Counted from the stretch's first letter, positions 12,295-25,870 are shown. The stretch is 64,000 nucleotides of DNA from Felis catus (GCF_018350175.1 NC_058373.1:103046001-103110000); one strand, 5' to 3'. The notes: a model not told the origin generated them from the letters alone. Translations and numbers: made by a program.

Positions 12295-14037
12295 CTGTTT
12301 CATTATTTCTAAAACAGGGTTGATGTTGAAAAAGAAGACATTGATGGTAATTCCCCTTTATTAAGCACTTATGGTGCCCTGTGAACTGTTGCAAGTGCTT
12401 CACGTACATTTTTCAAGCGTCTTCACAACTCTGGGGCGTATACTATCACAACAGATACTGCTAAGTAGTATTACTGTGATGTCCACTACAAATGTCACTG
12501 TCACTGTTTCTCCAGAAAAAAACCTCATTCCCAGTCCTAGACACTGTTGCTAGAAATTGACAGATATTCTCACTTACTTTCTTGAGGCACCAATGCCTTT
12601 CCCTTTTTGTTCTAGCGCTAGATATATCCGAGATGCAGTGATATAAGGATATTTTGTTCCATCGTTCATTTTTTCTAACACGTGTGTAGTACATGTAATT
12701 TTGTCTCGCATTATTTAGGAATGTTGATCTGCTCTACTCCAGGTTTACTGAAAAAAAACCCAGATCAAGAATTTTTCTATAGGTTTGGGCTGCTTTAAAA
12801 CCGAACCAAAAATTTTAAAGACATTAACAAAAATGACAGCAACGATGACAAAAATAATCTTCCCGATAATCCTGTAAAAGTCCGACTTAGGTATTGAATT
12901 TTCTTTGACATTGTCGGGAGATTCAAGCTGTTCAAGCCGTTCTTTATGCAGCAATTGCTCTGTGACACCAGCTCTATTTTCTCAGTGATTTGTTATATTA
13001 ATGCAGGTGCCCGAGGAGCAGCAATTGTGATCAAGACAAGGCAGTCAGCTTCCAGGAAGGTAAAATTTCTACCACCAAAGACAATATGATATCCATTACG
13101 ACCCTTAGCCGTAATTTATTAGGAGTATTGGGGTATTCATTTAACCCATAATGCATTGCTCTCCAAATGACAGCATGCCACACATGTACTAAGCTTACAC
13201 AATGAGACAGGTGGAAGTGCTAGCTACTGACATACAGAAGCATTTTATCACAGGTGGTGTCATGTGTCACATTACACCTAAGCTCCTAAAGCCATCCCGA
13301 GAAACAGCAAAGACATGGAATCACTCATCCTTTCCCAAAGTGGCATATGTATTTTAGTTAAAAATTGTAACTTCGTACAGTCTAAATGTTAGACGTTTTA
13401 AATCTAAACTTTAAGCCATTGAGGCTTTTAAAAATCAGGCACAGTTGTGCATAAGCATGGACAATGCCTGGCTGTCTCCGTGTCCGTAGAGGAGTGGATG
13501 TGTGGGTGCCCTAACTTCAGAAACTCTGCACTGCTTTTGGAACCCAGACCTGACTGAAGTATTATTACTTGCTTCTCTTAGGAGTGTTGGGGGAGGAAGA
13601 GCTTGTTTGCTCACTGTGGGTAAACCTGACTTTGGGTCGCGGTTTGGAGGTGTCCCCTAATGAGGGCCCATTCAAGAGCCCATTTCAAGGAGACTCTGGA
13701 ATCCTCTCTTGCATGAAGTCAGGCTAGACAGAAACCAGGAAGCAGATTTGTACCTAGAATTGCCCAGATGCAGGGGATTGGCTTGTGTGAACTTAGAAGG
13801 AAGGTTTTCTGTAGTTTAATGAAATCTCTTCTGGAGACTGCCGAGGTTGATGAAGAGATAGCTGAAGGGAGCCATGGCTATGGTATTTTCAGCCAGCTCA
13901 GTAAAATAGTGGCCAAATTCACAAACTTAGTGCTTATTGGAATCATCTGTTGGGCCTGGTAAACACACTGAGGCCTTGGGCCCAGCTTGCGGAGAATTTG
14001 AGTTAGGGGTTTTGTCATGGGGCCTGGATCACTTACC

Positions 14038-14962
14038 TTTATTGAGGTATAATTTACAAACAATAAAGCAGACTCACTTTAAGTACAAAGTTCTGTCAGT
14101 TTTAATGAAAGCATATAATCTGTAATCAGCAGCACAATCAAGGTATAGAACACTTCCATCACCAAAAAACATTATCTCGTGCCCTTTGAATTCTATGCAC
14201 CTACCTACCAAACTCCTGGCCCCAGGCACTCATTGATCTGCTATTACCATAACTAGTGCCTTTTCTAGAATTTCATAAAAATGGAATTATACATTATCAT
14301 CAATCTTGTATGATTTTGTACCTGGCTTATTTCTCGCAGCATAATGTTTTGAGATTCAACCATTTTGTTGCCTATATCATTGATTCACTCCTTTTAATTG
14401 GTAATTAGTATTCCATTGTGTGGCATACCACAATTATTTATCCATTCACTTTTTTTGTTTTTTTTAATTTTTATTTTGTTTTGTTTTGTTTTTTACATTT
14501 ATTTATTTTTGAGAGACAGAGCAAGATAGAGCAGAAGTAGGGGAGGGGCAGAGAAAGAATGAGACACAGAATCCAAAGCAGGCTCCAGGCTCTGTGCTGT
14601 CATCACAGAGCCTGACATGGGGCTTGAACTCACAAACCGTGAGATCATGACCTGAGCCAAAGTCAGATTCTTAACCGACTGAGCCCCCAGGTGCCCCTAT
14701 CCATTCATGTTTTGATGGTTATTGGGTTGTTAAAGAGTTTTGGCTTATTAAGAATAAATCTGCTTATAATAATCATGTAAAAGTTGTGTGGAATTGCTAG
14801 GTCATATGAAATGTGTATGTTTATAAGAAACTGCTAGATTGTTCTCCAAAATGGTTCCACCATTTTTAGATTCTCACCAGCACTGTTTGAGAGCTCCAGT
14901 TCCTTTACGTCTTCACCAACACTTGGGTTTGTCAGTGTTTTTCATTTTAGCCACTGTGGTTG
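14038..14962 (-). mobile_element. Old L1 (L1MB/ME-type) 3' fragment, interrupted by a SINE
   Basis: 'tttattgaggtataatttaca...ttttctagaatttcataaaaatggaattatac...ttctcaccagcactgtttgagagctccagttcct'. Confidence 0.85.
14449..14697 (-). mobile_element. CanSINE
   Basis: Reverse SINE with TSD tatccattca (14439-14448 and 14698-14707). Confidence 0.96.
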
Positions 14963-15249
14963 GATACCTAGGAATTTTTAATAAGCTCCCAGGTAATTCT
15001 GATGCACACCTAAGTTTAAGAAGCCCACCTCTCATTCAGTCAGTAACTCCTGAAAACCTAAAAGCAACTTGAGCCCTGAGTCCCAATCTCAGCTCTGAGC
15101 CTGCCACCACTCTTACCCCTGTGCTCTTCCCTCATAAATAGGATCTTTGCGATTCAATCTTTTCTGTGTCTGGCAGGCAGGTTTCCCTCCTCTCTGCTGC
15201 TAATAGCCCACTACCTACTGTTGCCATGTACTCTCCTCACATTTGCCGG

Positions 15250-15640
15250 CTCCATACAGAGTGACTCAGGAGCTGAGTTGTATCGAATGAGTAGATACAC
15301 TGGAGAGGGGAGTTCACATTCCAGGTGGAGGGACCAGCAGAATAAAGGCTTGGAGACCCAAAATAGCTTGGCCCATTTGGGAAACTGCAGGTAGTTAGAT
15401 GTCCTTAGAGTATGGCACTGAGAGGACAGCTTGGTAAGAGATGGCTGGAGAAGGACCAGACCCCACGGGCCCTTTAGGGCACAGTCAAGGGCTTGGACTT
15501 TTTTTGTAGGAGAGGCTAAAATATGGGGCATAAAGTACTCTCTTCTTTGTTTCAGAAAAACTACCCTAATGTTCGCCTAGCAAATGAATTGGAGGGGAGG
15601 GAATAGAGACAGGAACACAAGTTAGAAGACCAGTGCTATA
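15250..15640 (-). mobile_element. Decayed L2 fragment
   Basis: 'cattccaggtggagggaccagcagaataaaggcttggagac...ggcttggactttttt' is L2-like. Confidence 0.6.
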
Positions 15641-15726
15641 CTCCAGATCTATCCCCACAACCTGTCCAGGTCTCATTGTAGGTGCCTCAGAATTATTTTA
15701 TATTAAAGAATGACAATAATGAGTGA

Positions 15727-16110
15727 TTTTTGTTTTAAGAGAGACAGAGTGCACACAAGCAGGGGAGAGGGGCAGAGGGAGAGGGTATCTTTTTTTTTTT
15801 TATGTTTATTTTTGAGAGGGAGAGAGTGGGGGAGGGGCAAAGAAAGAGGGAGAGAATCCAAAGCGGGCTGTGCGCTGACAGCAGAGAGCCCATCCTGGTG
15901 CTTGAATTCACGAACCGTGAGACCCCGACCTGAGCTGAAGTCAGATGCTAAACTGACTAAGCCACCCAGGTGCCCAGACAGAGAGAAACTGAAGCAGGCT
16001 CCACACTGAGTGTGGAGCCTAATGCTGAGCTTAATCCTAGGACTCTGGGATCATGACCTGAGCCAAAGTGAAGAGGTAGACACTTAACCTACTGAGTCAC
16101 CAGGCGCCCC
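15727..16110 (-). mobile_element. Older CanSINE (host of a nested SINE)
   Basis: Tail and linker 15727-15787, head resumes 15976-16110; degenerate TSD tgagt(g/c)atttt. Confidence 0.9.
15790..15975 (-). mobile_element. CanSINE nested inside another CanSINE
   Basis: Has its own poly-T tail and head 'gccacccaggtgccc' within the outer element's CT linker. Confidence 0.9.
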
Positions 16111-16451
16111 TGAGTCATTTTGTGTCACCCACATCTTGCTTTTTGGTGTCTTTCCCTCCTCTTGTGCCTCACCAAAGATGGTGGGATATCTTGGGGGACG
16201 TGGGCTCCTGGGTCCTTCCCAGGTACAGAGGTCATCCTGCCAAGAAAAACACCAACTTCTCCACCCCATGGGGCAGCCTTGTCATCATTATAGTTTTATG
16301 ACTGTTTCCCTGTGTTCCTCACTCATTTCTCCATTCAGCAAGCCGAGAATTTCATATGAGGTAGGCATAAACTGGGCATTCAGAGATGGGAAAACACCAC
16401 CCGTGCCCTCAAGGATCCTATACTCTCTCTTCTCATCTTTAATCCTTAGGC

Positions 16452-16765
16452 CAGGGGTCTGCAAAAGTTTTCTATGAAAGATCAGGTAGTAAATATTTTT
16501 GGCTTTGGAAGCCATTTGATCTTTTGCAACCATTACATAGGCGTAAACAATATTTAAAAAAATGGGCATGGCTGCACTTTAATAAAATTGTATATATGGA
16601 CACAGAAGTTAGAATTTCATGTAATTCTTATGTGCCATGAAATATTCTTCTTCTTTTGATTGTTTTTCAATCATGTAAAAATGTAAAACTTATTCTTAGC
16701 TTGGGGCTGCACAAAACCAGGTAAGGGGTTAGGATTTGGCCCACTGACCATGGCTTGCCCACCCA
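16452..16765. mobile_element. MER58-type hAT-Charlie DNA transposon
   Basis: 'caggggtctgcaaaagttttctatgaaagatcaggtagtaaatattttt...ggatttggcccactgaccatggcttgcccacc' matches the MER58 layout with terminal inverted repeats. Confidence 0.85.
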
Positions 16766-16849
16766 CACCGTAGGCTGTCCCTTCATAATGTATGAGCAAC
16801 GGCTCTTTATTTTAATACCAGTTATAGTCACCACTGTTTTCTCCTGCTA

Positions 16850-17405
16850 ACCTCCCCTACTTCATGTCCTTCCTCTACCACGCATACTCGCCCCATCTTT
16901 ACTATCAGAATAATCTTCCTACAATGTAAGCAAGATGGATTGTGTTCTCCCCCATGCAAAACTGCCCTCCAGCTGCCTCCCAGGCTGTGCTGTGGGGTAG
17001 AGCCCAGCCTCTTGGGCCTGGCTGCCCGTGCTCCTGAGGGCCCCTCTCCCTCCTCGCCAGCTTTCTCCCTTGTCCCTTCCCACCTCCAATAACTCGTGCT
17101 CTGGTTGCTCCAGAATCTTTGCAGCTATCTCTCCATCTGTGTTCCTTGGTCCATTGTATTTTCCCAGGTTTGGATTCTTAATCTCCTTTCTAATCTAACT
17201 CCTGCTTGCTTTTAATGCTCAGCCCACATCTCACCTCCACATCACCTTCTTTGACTACACACCCCTAGGCAGAATCCGGCATGCCCCCTGGCACTCAGTG
17301 GCCCCTGGCAAACCTGGGGCACGTTGAGGGTTGTGTCTTGTCCTTTTCAAGCACCCACTGCAGTGTGGAGCACAGAGCAGATGCTCTGTAGACATTTTAA
17401 TGAAT
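16850..17405 (+). mobile_element. Decayed L2 3' fragment
   Basis: Ends 'cagtgtggagcacagagcagatgctctgtagacattttaatgaat', an L2 3' terminus. Confidence 0.6.
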
Positions 17406-18638
17406 TCTCAAACATCAAGACCCATTTTACATACCTCATAAAAGTGTTAAGTGTTGTATATACACTCTTTTATAGATTTCCTTTTCTTAGTTTCATGATC
17501 TGTTACCACTATTAAATTTTAAGTTTGTAAGAGCAGACATAGAGTCTATTTTTTAAGATAGACCTTCTCCATCCTTCCACATAGAATAACATTCTGCAGC
17601 TCATGGATTCTTCCCCTGGGCCTCTGGGTGATTGTGGTGGGCTCTCATTAAGGTAACTCTAACCAACGTGTCTAATGGGAGCCACAGAATGTCACTGAGG
17701 TTCTAGTAGGTTTTTTTTTTTTTTCAACAGCTGAGGAAACTGCAGTGTCAGAAAGGCAGATTGCCTGAGGACTCAACTGATACATGACAAAAACAAAACA
17801 AGGGCTGGGAACTGGACCTTGATATTAACTGGCATTTGACTTTTTGGTGCACTTTGTAATGTTAAAGTATTGAGCCCCGAAAGTGGATTTGCAATTTATG
17901 AACCACTAGGTACGGAGTAGGCAGGGGTGCGGGGTGCCCCTGGGAGGCCGGCCAGTGGTGACATTTAGCGCCTCCCATCTTCTGAATAGGATTCCTTGTT
18001 TGCTAGTCCTCACAGCCCTTTTCTTGCTCCTTTAGTGTATCAGTCATTCCCTAAAAACAGTGACACTCATTATAGCTGGCAAACAAATGGTCGGGAACTA
18101 GGCAACTCCAATGGTTGAATTCAGCATGTGAAATCATTTAATCAGATTTCAGGGTTTGAGGGGCAGTATTAAGAAATAGGCACCCCATCTGGTCTCCAGA
18201 ATGAAGCCTCTTCAGGAGGAAAGAGAGCTTATGTTATTTATTGTGGCAGGAGGAAGATACGGTATTTCAATGAGGAAAGGACATAGAAGAGCTTGGAGAC
18301 TAGGATTCCACTTGAACTCTGTTCCTAATTTCTTTTTTCAGTTTAATTTTGGAACAGTTATGTAATTACTGCGTAACTCAATTTCCTCACCATAAAATAG
18401 AAGCACTGCTTTTTTTTCTTTTTGGTATCTTTAAGATCTGTTCTAGAACCTGCGGCAACACTGTCTTGCATCCTCTTGCATTTGTCCAAATGTTTGTAGT
18501 TGTTGAAAGACAAAGATCCTCATTTTCAGGTGGTTTTAGCTGCAGTATGTTTGCCATCGTGGAGGTTCCACTGAGCACACAGATACATTTTTTTTTAATG
18601 TTTGGAAGCCATAAGCACAGATTTAAAAAGTAATTTCT

Positions 18639-18860
18639 GGGGGCGCCTGGGTGGCGCAGTCAGTTAAGCGTCCGACTTCAGCCAGGTCACGATCTCGCGG
18701 TCCGTGAGTTCGAGCCCGCGTCAGGCTCTGGGCTGATGGCTCGGAGCCTGGAGCCTGTTTCCGATTCTGTGTCTCCCTCTCTCTCTGCCCCTCCCCCGTT
18801 CATGCTCTGTCTCTCTCTGTCCCCAAAATAAATAAAAACGTTGAAAAAAAAATTTTTTTT
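18639..18860 (+). mobile_element. CanSINE (feline SINEC_Fc), young subfamily
   Basis: Near-identical to the copies at 4649, 22130 and 50864; TSD aaaagtaatttctg. Confidence 0.97.
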
Positions 18861-20435
18861 AAAAGTAATTTCTGTTCACCACTATTTGCCTCTTTTTTTC
18901 AAACAGTGTAGGCGGCCTTTTGTTAGATGTGAGATTATGGAGGATGGAGCACTGTGCTGGGAAATGTAATAATTGGAAAATACATCAAAGATTAATTGAC
19001 ACAGAGATGGTCATGGTGGCAGCAGCCCTTCTTTCATACCATTTCCAACTCCTTTCGGTCACCTGTTGAGAAGGAGCCTTCCAGAGCTAAGTGTGCACGG
19101 AGATGGGAGGCTGCAAGGGGACACGTAGCCTTCTCCCCAACCACCGCCACTTAGAACGAGCCCGCGCATGGGCACCACACATTCTCTTTCTATCTCTCCT
19201 GAGGTATTGCTAAAGCACACCATTATTTGGAAGACATGCTATTTGTCTTCAAGAATCTTTCATATTCTTTTCTGGGGAAAACGAATTAGCATTCTCTTCC
19301 TGATTGACAGAATTTAAAGAAATAAATGCATAAGCATGGCAAATAATGACCACATGGAATGAGCTTTGGTCAAAACATACAGAGACACGGGCTAAAACCT
19401 AATATCTCCATTCAATAAAATTAATTTCACTTAGATGCTACTGGGAAAGCTATATAAGTATGTTTGTTCGTTTCTTTGCAATTTTCTCTTTCGGTCCTTA
19501 TTAGCCTTGAGAGTTGTTCTCTTGTCTCAGATCGCTTTGAGAGGCTAAGTACTAGGCACACAGTACATAGACTGTCAGGGTGGGTAGTGTGGAATGTGGG
19601 TGGTACAGGAATTACTGGGGATTCCATACACTTTTATGGTTCATGCAGCCTTCGTGAAGCCTAGACCCTTATCAGGTCTTGAAGTGATTGGGATTTTAAT
19701 ATGAACTGTCTCTCCAGTTTCATTGGAATTGAGCTCTCTGGGGTCTGATGTCAGTAGAAGAAACTAGTCATTTGCCCTGGGCAGAGTGTTGTGTTCTTAC
19801 TGGTTGGCTCGTGGGGCCTGGAGGGAAAAGAGGGCTAACAGAAGGCCCAGCGCAAGTGGTGAGCAGGCTGATGTTAATCATGGTATTTTAGTCAATCAGA
19901 GTCACCGCATCATTATGTCACTTTTTTCAATTCCCATACAATTCCTTTTTTTGTTGTTCTGATTTTTTCTATTTAGATTTTTAATCCCTATTTCTGTATT
20001 TTTCCCCCCCAGAAACAAACAAAAATATTCACAACACAGGTTTTCAGAACTCTAACCAAGAAAAGTCATTCCCAAGGAGAAACCATACTGAACCACAACT
20101 TGGCCTTGGGCCTAACGCAGCCAAGAAACAGTCTTTTTGAATATTCTGATCAGGGGCTTTGAAAACAAGATTTAAAACTTAGGCTCAGAAGAGTATGATT
20201 AACTTGGAGTGGATGTGGTAGTTCTAGCCACGTAATTTTAGACATTCTAATGGGCAGTTTAAAAATAGCAGACTTGCAGCCTCTTCCTCTGCGTTTTCCC
20301 CCTTGTTGGCCCCTCAACTGTGTATCGTACTTAAGGAGTCTTGTGCTGCTGGGCGGCCTGGGAACCACAAGTCCCTGGGTCCTCATCTCCTGCCTCCCAG
20401 GTCTGCCTGCCTCTGCCTTGAAATATCGCAAGGGT

Positions 20436-20666
20436 AGTGGCGCCTGGGAGGCTGAGTCGGTGAAGCATCCGACTCTTGATGGCTCAGGTCATGATCTCAT
20501 GATTCGTGAGACTGGGCCCCCTGTTGGGCTCTGGGCTAACAGTGTGGAACCTGCTTGGAATTCTCTCTCTCCCTCTCTCTCTCTCTGCCCCTCTCACTTG
20601 CTAACATGTGCACTTTCTCTATGTATCTAAAAATAAATAAATACACTTCTGAAAGAAAAAAAAAAA
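20436..20666 (+). mobile_element. CanSINE (older)
   Basis: Diverged head; TSD gaaatatc(g/a)caaggg. Confidence 0.94.
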
Positions 20667-22019
20667 GAAATATCACAAGGGCTTTGTGATAAAAACTTGT
20701 ATTTCCTTAGGAATGCTCTCAGCCTCTGATTCACAGACATATTCCCCTTCCTTCTCTAATAACTAGGTGCTTAAGGGATGTACTTCGATGATGATCTTCA
20801 GTTAAATCCATTTCTGGGCCCCTTAAGCTTCCAGCTGAACTGCAACATTTGCTTGCTAGGTAATAAGTACTTGAGGATGTCACCAAGAAAAGGAAAACAC
20901 TGATTTCAGATAACCCAATTATTTACCAAATTCTTTCCCGTGTCTCTGTGAGGCAGGGTCCAGAAGCTGAAACAGATGTTTGTTCCTCTTGGCTGCTGTT
21001 TCAACTGACAGCAAGATGACCTATCAGTATGCTGTCCCCACCACGGAGCTACGCCTTTCTCTGTGCATTTCTGAGGAGCCCTAAGAGTCCAGTCCACTTG
21101 GGCATGAAGTTACTCATCTTTACCTCATTCCAGTCTCTGAGTTTCCCTTCTGGGACACACCTGCTGTGTGTCTGATGGAAGGGCAGGGGACAAGAGTAAG
21201 ACCTGCCGGAGCTGCCTGGGGCAACCCCAGTCCCCTTGTCCCACACGGAGGGTTTGGTGGGACCCATGTAAACACATTCCCTGTGGGATGTGGTTTATCA
21301 TCCCTGCTTTGAAATTTATTAACAAGGAACCTTGCAGTTTCCTAACCAACGAGGCCACAAAAGCATAAACTATATTAAGTCTATAAATCCCAGAGTGCCA
21401 AATCTCTGGAATATCAAGTGTCTATTCTTTAACCCCCGGTGAGTAATAAATCTCCCCGTCCATTTGCATGGCAGGCGTTTGGTGCACAGAGAACACTGCT
21501 ATTCTCAAGGCACCCTTTCCTTCCCGCTCTTTCCCCCCAGGGTTATTGCAGCCACCTCTCTCTTACATCTTAAACCCTCTTATGATGCACCATTTTTCAA
21601 AAACAGGAAAGAAAAACACCCCAAAGTTGTCTTTTCCTGGCTGGCTAGTTGCAGAAGGTGAAGCCTGCTGACATGAGGCTTGTCTTTCATCCCCAACTCT
21701 CCGAAACGCATCAGGAATAGTACCCAAGGTGTGTGTTCGTCTCGCCACTGCTCAGTCTTCTCCAGGCCTCCTCCCACGGTGCCAGTGAGGAGAGTAACCA
21801 TTCACACAAAATCAGAGGCCAGGTACTGTTTTGCTTGTCCCAGGAGTCATGGTAAGAAATGTGAACCTCGGCTCCCCAGGGAGGGGAGAACAAGCCTGTG
21901 CTCTCCTTCCACTGCCCAGCCCCTATGAGTTTCAGCATTTGCAGTTATCCAAGGGCCTTGATGTAGTAGTGGTGCCTTTTCTGAACATGAAGGATGGTGA
22001 AGAACACAGATGTTTAATT

Positions 22020-22950
22020 TTGGTGGAGAAAAAGAAACCCACATGCACTGTTGGTGGGAATGTAAACTGGTAGAGCCACTGTGGAAAACAGTATGGAGTT
22101 TCCTCAAAACATTAAAAATAGAAATACCAGGGGCGCCTGGGTGGCGCAGTCGGTTAAGTGTCCGACTTCAGCCAGGTCACGATCTCGCGGTCCGTGAGTT
22201 CAAGCCCCGCGTCAGGCTCTGGGCTGATGGCTCAGAGCCTGGAGCCTGTTTCCGATTCTGTGTCTCCCTGTCTCTCTGCCCCTCCCCTGTTCATGCTCTG
22301 TCTCTCTCTGTCCCAAAAATAAATAAACGTTGAAAAAAAAATTAAAAAAAAAATAGAAATACCGTATGATCCAATAATTACATTACTGGGTATTTACCCA
22401 AAGAAAATGAAAACACTAATTCAAAAAGATAATATATACCCATATGTTTATTGCAGCATTATTTACAATGCCCAAGATATTGAAGCAACCCAAGGGGCCA
22501 TTTATAGATGAATGGATAAAGAAGATGTGTGTGTGTGTGCATACACATACATATACACACACACATATATGTATATCTGTGTATATATATGTATATATAT
22601 AATGGAATATTACTCAGCCATAAAAAAGATTGAGCTCTTACAATTTACAACAACATTGATGGACCTAGAGGGTATAATGCTAAGTAAAATAAGTCAATCA
22701 GAGGAAGACAAATACCATATGATCTCACTCATATGTGGAATTTAAGAAACAAAGAAAAAAAGAGACAAATAAAAAACCAGACTCTTAAATACGGAGAACA
22801 GGAGAGGTGAAATTGATAAAGGGGATTAAGAGTAAACTTAACCTGTTGAGTACTGAGAACTGTATAGAATTGTTGAATCATATTATACATCTGAAATTAA
22901 TATAACACTGCATGTTAATTATACTCCAATTTTTAAAAAGGGAAAAAAGT
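22020..22950 (+). mobile_element. 5'-truncated carnivore L1 (ORF2 C-terminus + 3' UTR)
   Basis: Translates to [28 protein letters not shown] / YDPIITLLGIYPK, the L1 ORF2 C-terminal cysteine-rich region; followed by 3' UTR and A-rich tail; disrupted by a SINE and a TG/TA repeat. Confidence 0.93.
22130..22348 (+). mobile_element. CanSINE (feline SINEC_Fc), young subfamily, inside L1
   Basis: TSD aaaaatagaaatacc (22114-22128 and 22349-22363). Confidence 0.97.
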
Positions 22951-23321
22951 AAAGAACACACTCAAATGGTTCCCGGTGGGGTGAGGCTAGGTATGGTGGA
23001 GAGGAATTTTTAAAATTACATGGAAGGGACAATGGTCTATTTTCCTTGTGTGATGTACTCAGGATAAGGATCTGGGACACCAGAGATCCTGCATCCCCAA
23101 AGGTCAAAAGCCCCATCGTGACCATTTTCCTGTGATTGATGGAACTGAGCCATCTTTTCTTGGTTCCTTATTTAACTACACAGTACAGTTTTTGTGCTTT
23201 GAAAAGAATCCTTATTACTCTTCCCATCCTATCTCTCCTTTATATCTGCATATTTGCAGGTGTTGGGTTGTGAGCCATTTTCTATTTTTTTGTATTTGTA
23301 TTTACTTTTAAAAAATTAATA

Positions 23322-23390
23322 CATTTTATTTATTTCTATTTTTTTATTTTAGAGAGAGAGAGCATGTGAGCAGGGGGATGGGCAGAGGGG

Positions 23391-23424
<34 letters not shown>

Positions 23425-23556
23425 ATAAATCTCAAGCAGGCTCCATGCTCAGCGTGAAGCCTGACATGGGGCTCGATCCCACTACTGCCCTGGGATCATG
23501 ACCTGAGCCAAAATCAAGAGTCAGATGCTCAACATGACTGAGCCACCCCGGCACCC
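23322..23556 (-). mobile_element. CanSINE (older)
   Basis: Reverse SINE with (GA)n linker; abuts a short L1M 3' end fragment (about 23557-23660). Confidence 0.92.
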
Positions 23557-23984
23557 TAATAGGCTTCATTTTTTAGGGCAGTTTTAGGTTTATAGAAAAA
23601 TGAGCAGAAAGTACAGAGTTCCCAAACATTCCCTCACTCTCCTAGTTTTCCATTATAATGCCCTTTAATTTGTATTGACATTATGAATATCAGTGCCAGA
23701 CAAGGATGCTTTTTGTAAAGACAAAGAACTTTTACCTATAGTATCTCATTTAACAGAGACTTTAAGAAACAAGAGTGCCACATGATTGCTGACTATGAAC
23801 ATAACAGCTCTAGGGCATGAGTGTGGATAGTGAGGGTGTGGAGGCAGCTTGGAAAGTCTGCATGTTTGAGTTCTCAGTGGTCTAACCCACGGTTAGGAGG
23901 GTACAAGGAGTGGGGATCAAGTAGGGTTTCCCAGCGTCCAGAAAGGGAAATGGGACTGTTTCCTATGAACAGAGTCCAACAGAT

Positions 23985-24437
23985 TTGATGGCTTAATACA
24001 ATACTAATTTTTATATTAGAGTTCTGAGAGTCAGAATTCAGAAATGGTCTCACTGGACTAAAATGAAGGGGTCAACACAGTTGTGTTCCTTCTGTTTGCT
24101 TTAGCAGGGAATCTGTTTCCTTGCTTTTACCATTTTCTCAAGGCTGCCCATACTCGGCTCATGACCCTTTTCTCCATCTTTAAAGCCAGCACTGGTTGGT
24201 TGAGTCTTTCTCATGACACTGACTCCCCTACTTCCCTCTTTCACTTATAAGGACTTTTGTAAACTAAATTAGGTCCACGTAGATAAGCCAATTAATCTCC
24301 CCCATTTCAAGATCAGCTGATTAGCAATCTTAATTCCATCTGCAACCTTAATTCCCCCCTGCCAAGTAAAGTGACATATTCACAGGTCTGGGGATTATGA
24401 CATGAACATCTTATGGTCATTATTTTGTCAACTGTAC
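23985..24437 (-). mobile_element. MaLR solo LTR (MLT1-type)
   Basis: 'ggcttaatacaatactaatttttatattagagttctgagagtcagaa...tcacaggtctggggattatgacatgaacatctt...caactgtaca'. Confidence 0.82.
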
Positions 24438-24574
24438 AGGGCATTATCCTGGAGGAGTAGAGCCTGGAATCAGAGGCACCAGTGAATCAGAACCTCATCC
24501 TCCTCGAGAATAATTAGCACCGGGCCCAACTCCTCACTCAGCTCAGGTGTATTGTCCTCCAGGAAGCTCTCTGT

Positions 24575-24883
24575 ATCTGTGGACCAGTATAGGAAACACC
24601 AGACACGGGCAGTACTTGAAATGTGACTGGTCTGAATTGAGATGTGTTCTAAGTATAAAGCACCTACCAGATTTTGAAAACAGTACAAGAAAAAAAAAAA
24701 AAGAATGTAAAATATTTTTAAAGCAATGATTTTTAAAATATCTATTATACATTGAAATAATATTTTGATATATATTATGGAATTAATTTCTCCTTTTTTT
24801 TTTTTTACATTTTGAATGTGGCTTCAAGAAACTCTAAAATTGCATATTTGGCTTGTACTACATATTTTTCTAGGACAGTGCTG
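24575..24883. mobile_element. MER33/MER3-type hAT-Charlie DNA transposon
   Basis: 'acttgaaatgtgactggtctgaattgagatgtgttctaagtataaa...tttctaggacagtgctg'. Confidence 0.8.
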
Positions 24884-25636
24884 CCCTGTACTGGTTCCAG
24901 GCTGAGCCAAGCATTTCCTCCATACACTCCCACAGTCCCTTATTCATACCTTAAACATTAACCTTATAGTATAATTATCAATCTGCATGTCTACATTCTC
25001 CAACACATAGCGAGTTCTTAAAGGACAGGTGCTGTGCTTTATTAATCATTGTATTTTTAGTGCTAGTATAATGCCTGGAATGTTATAATAATCATCATTA
25101 TCATAATCATAATTAACAGTTACATCGTGCTTGCTATATGCCAGGCTCTGTTCAAGTGCTTTACGTATACATTCAGTTAATCCTTATAATACTCTCTAGC
25201 TGTATAAGTTTAGGGAAGTTATTTTAACATTTTGTGTCTCTGCTTCCTCACCCATACTTTGGGTCTAATAATAGTACCTACCTCATACCCATTCACAGCA
25301 TGAGGATTAACTAGTTATTTTATGTATTCATGCATATTTGCATGTATGTGTATATACCCATTGCATATACACGATGTATATAATGCATATTATATGTGCA
25401 TCATATGTTTGCATGTATGAAGGCCTACAGTATTTGTAAAAAGGCTTAGGATGGGAGGGGCATGTCCTAAGCACTACAAAAGTATTTGCTAAATAAATAA
25501 ACAATGCTTTGAGGTAGGTACTCCTCTCCATCTCAAAGATGCCAAGACTGGCATAGAGAGGTTGAACAACTCGCCCAGGTTTATGCAGCTTGTTGGCTTC
25601 AGAGATGGGATTGGAGCCTTTAAATACAATGCTGTA

Positions 25637-25791
25637 GGGGCACCTGGGTGGCTCAGCCAGATTGAATGCCCAACTTCATATCAGGTATGATCTCACGGTT
25701 TGTGAGTTCGAGCCCTGCATTGGGGTCTCTGCTGCCAGCACAGAGCTTGCTTTGGATTCCCTGTCCACCCCCACTCTGCCCTTCCTCTGCT

Positions 25792-25851
<60 letters not shown>

Positions 25852-25870
25852 ATAAATAAAATTAAAAATA
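25637..25870 (+). mobile_element. CanSINE with expanded (CT)n linker
   Basis: TSD taaatac(a/c)atgctgta; (CT)n about 25795-25848. Confidence 0.95.

Noticed and set aside
14030..14040. Strong minus-strand splice donor AAG|gtaagt
   Set aside because: Sits at an L1 tail junction with no convincing acceptor upstream
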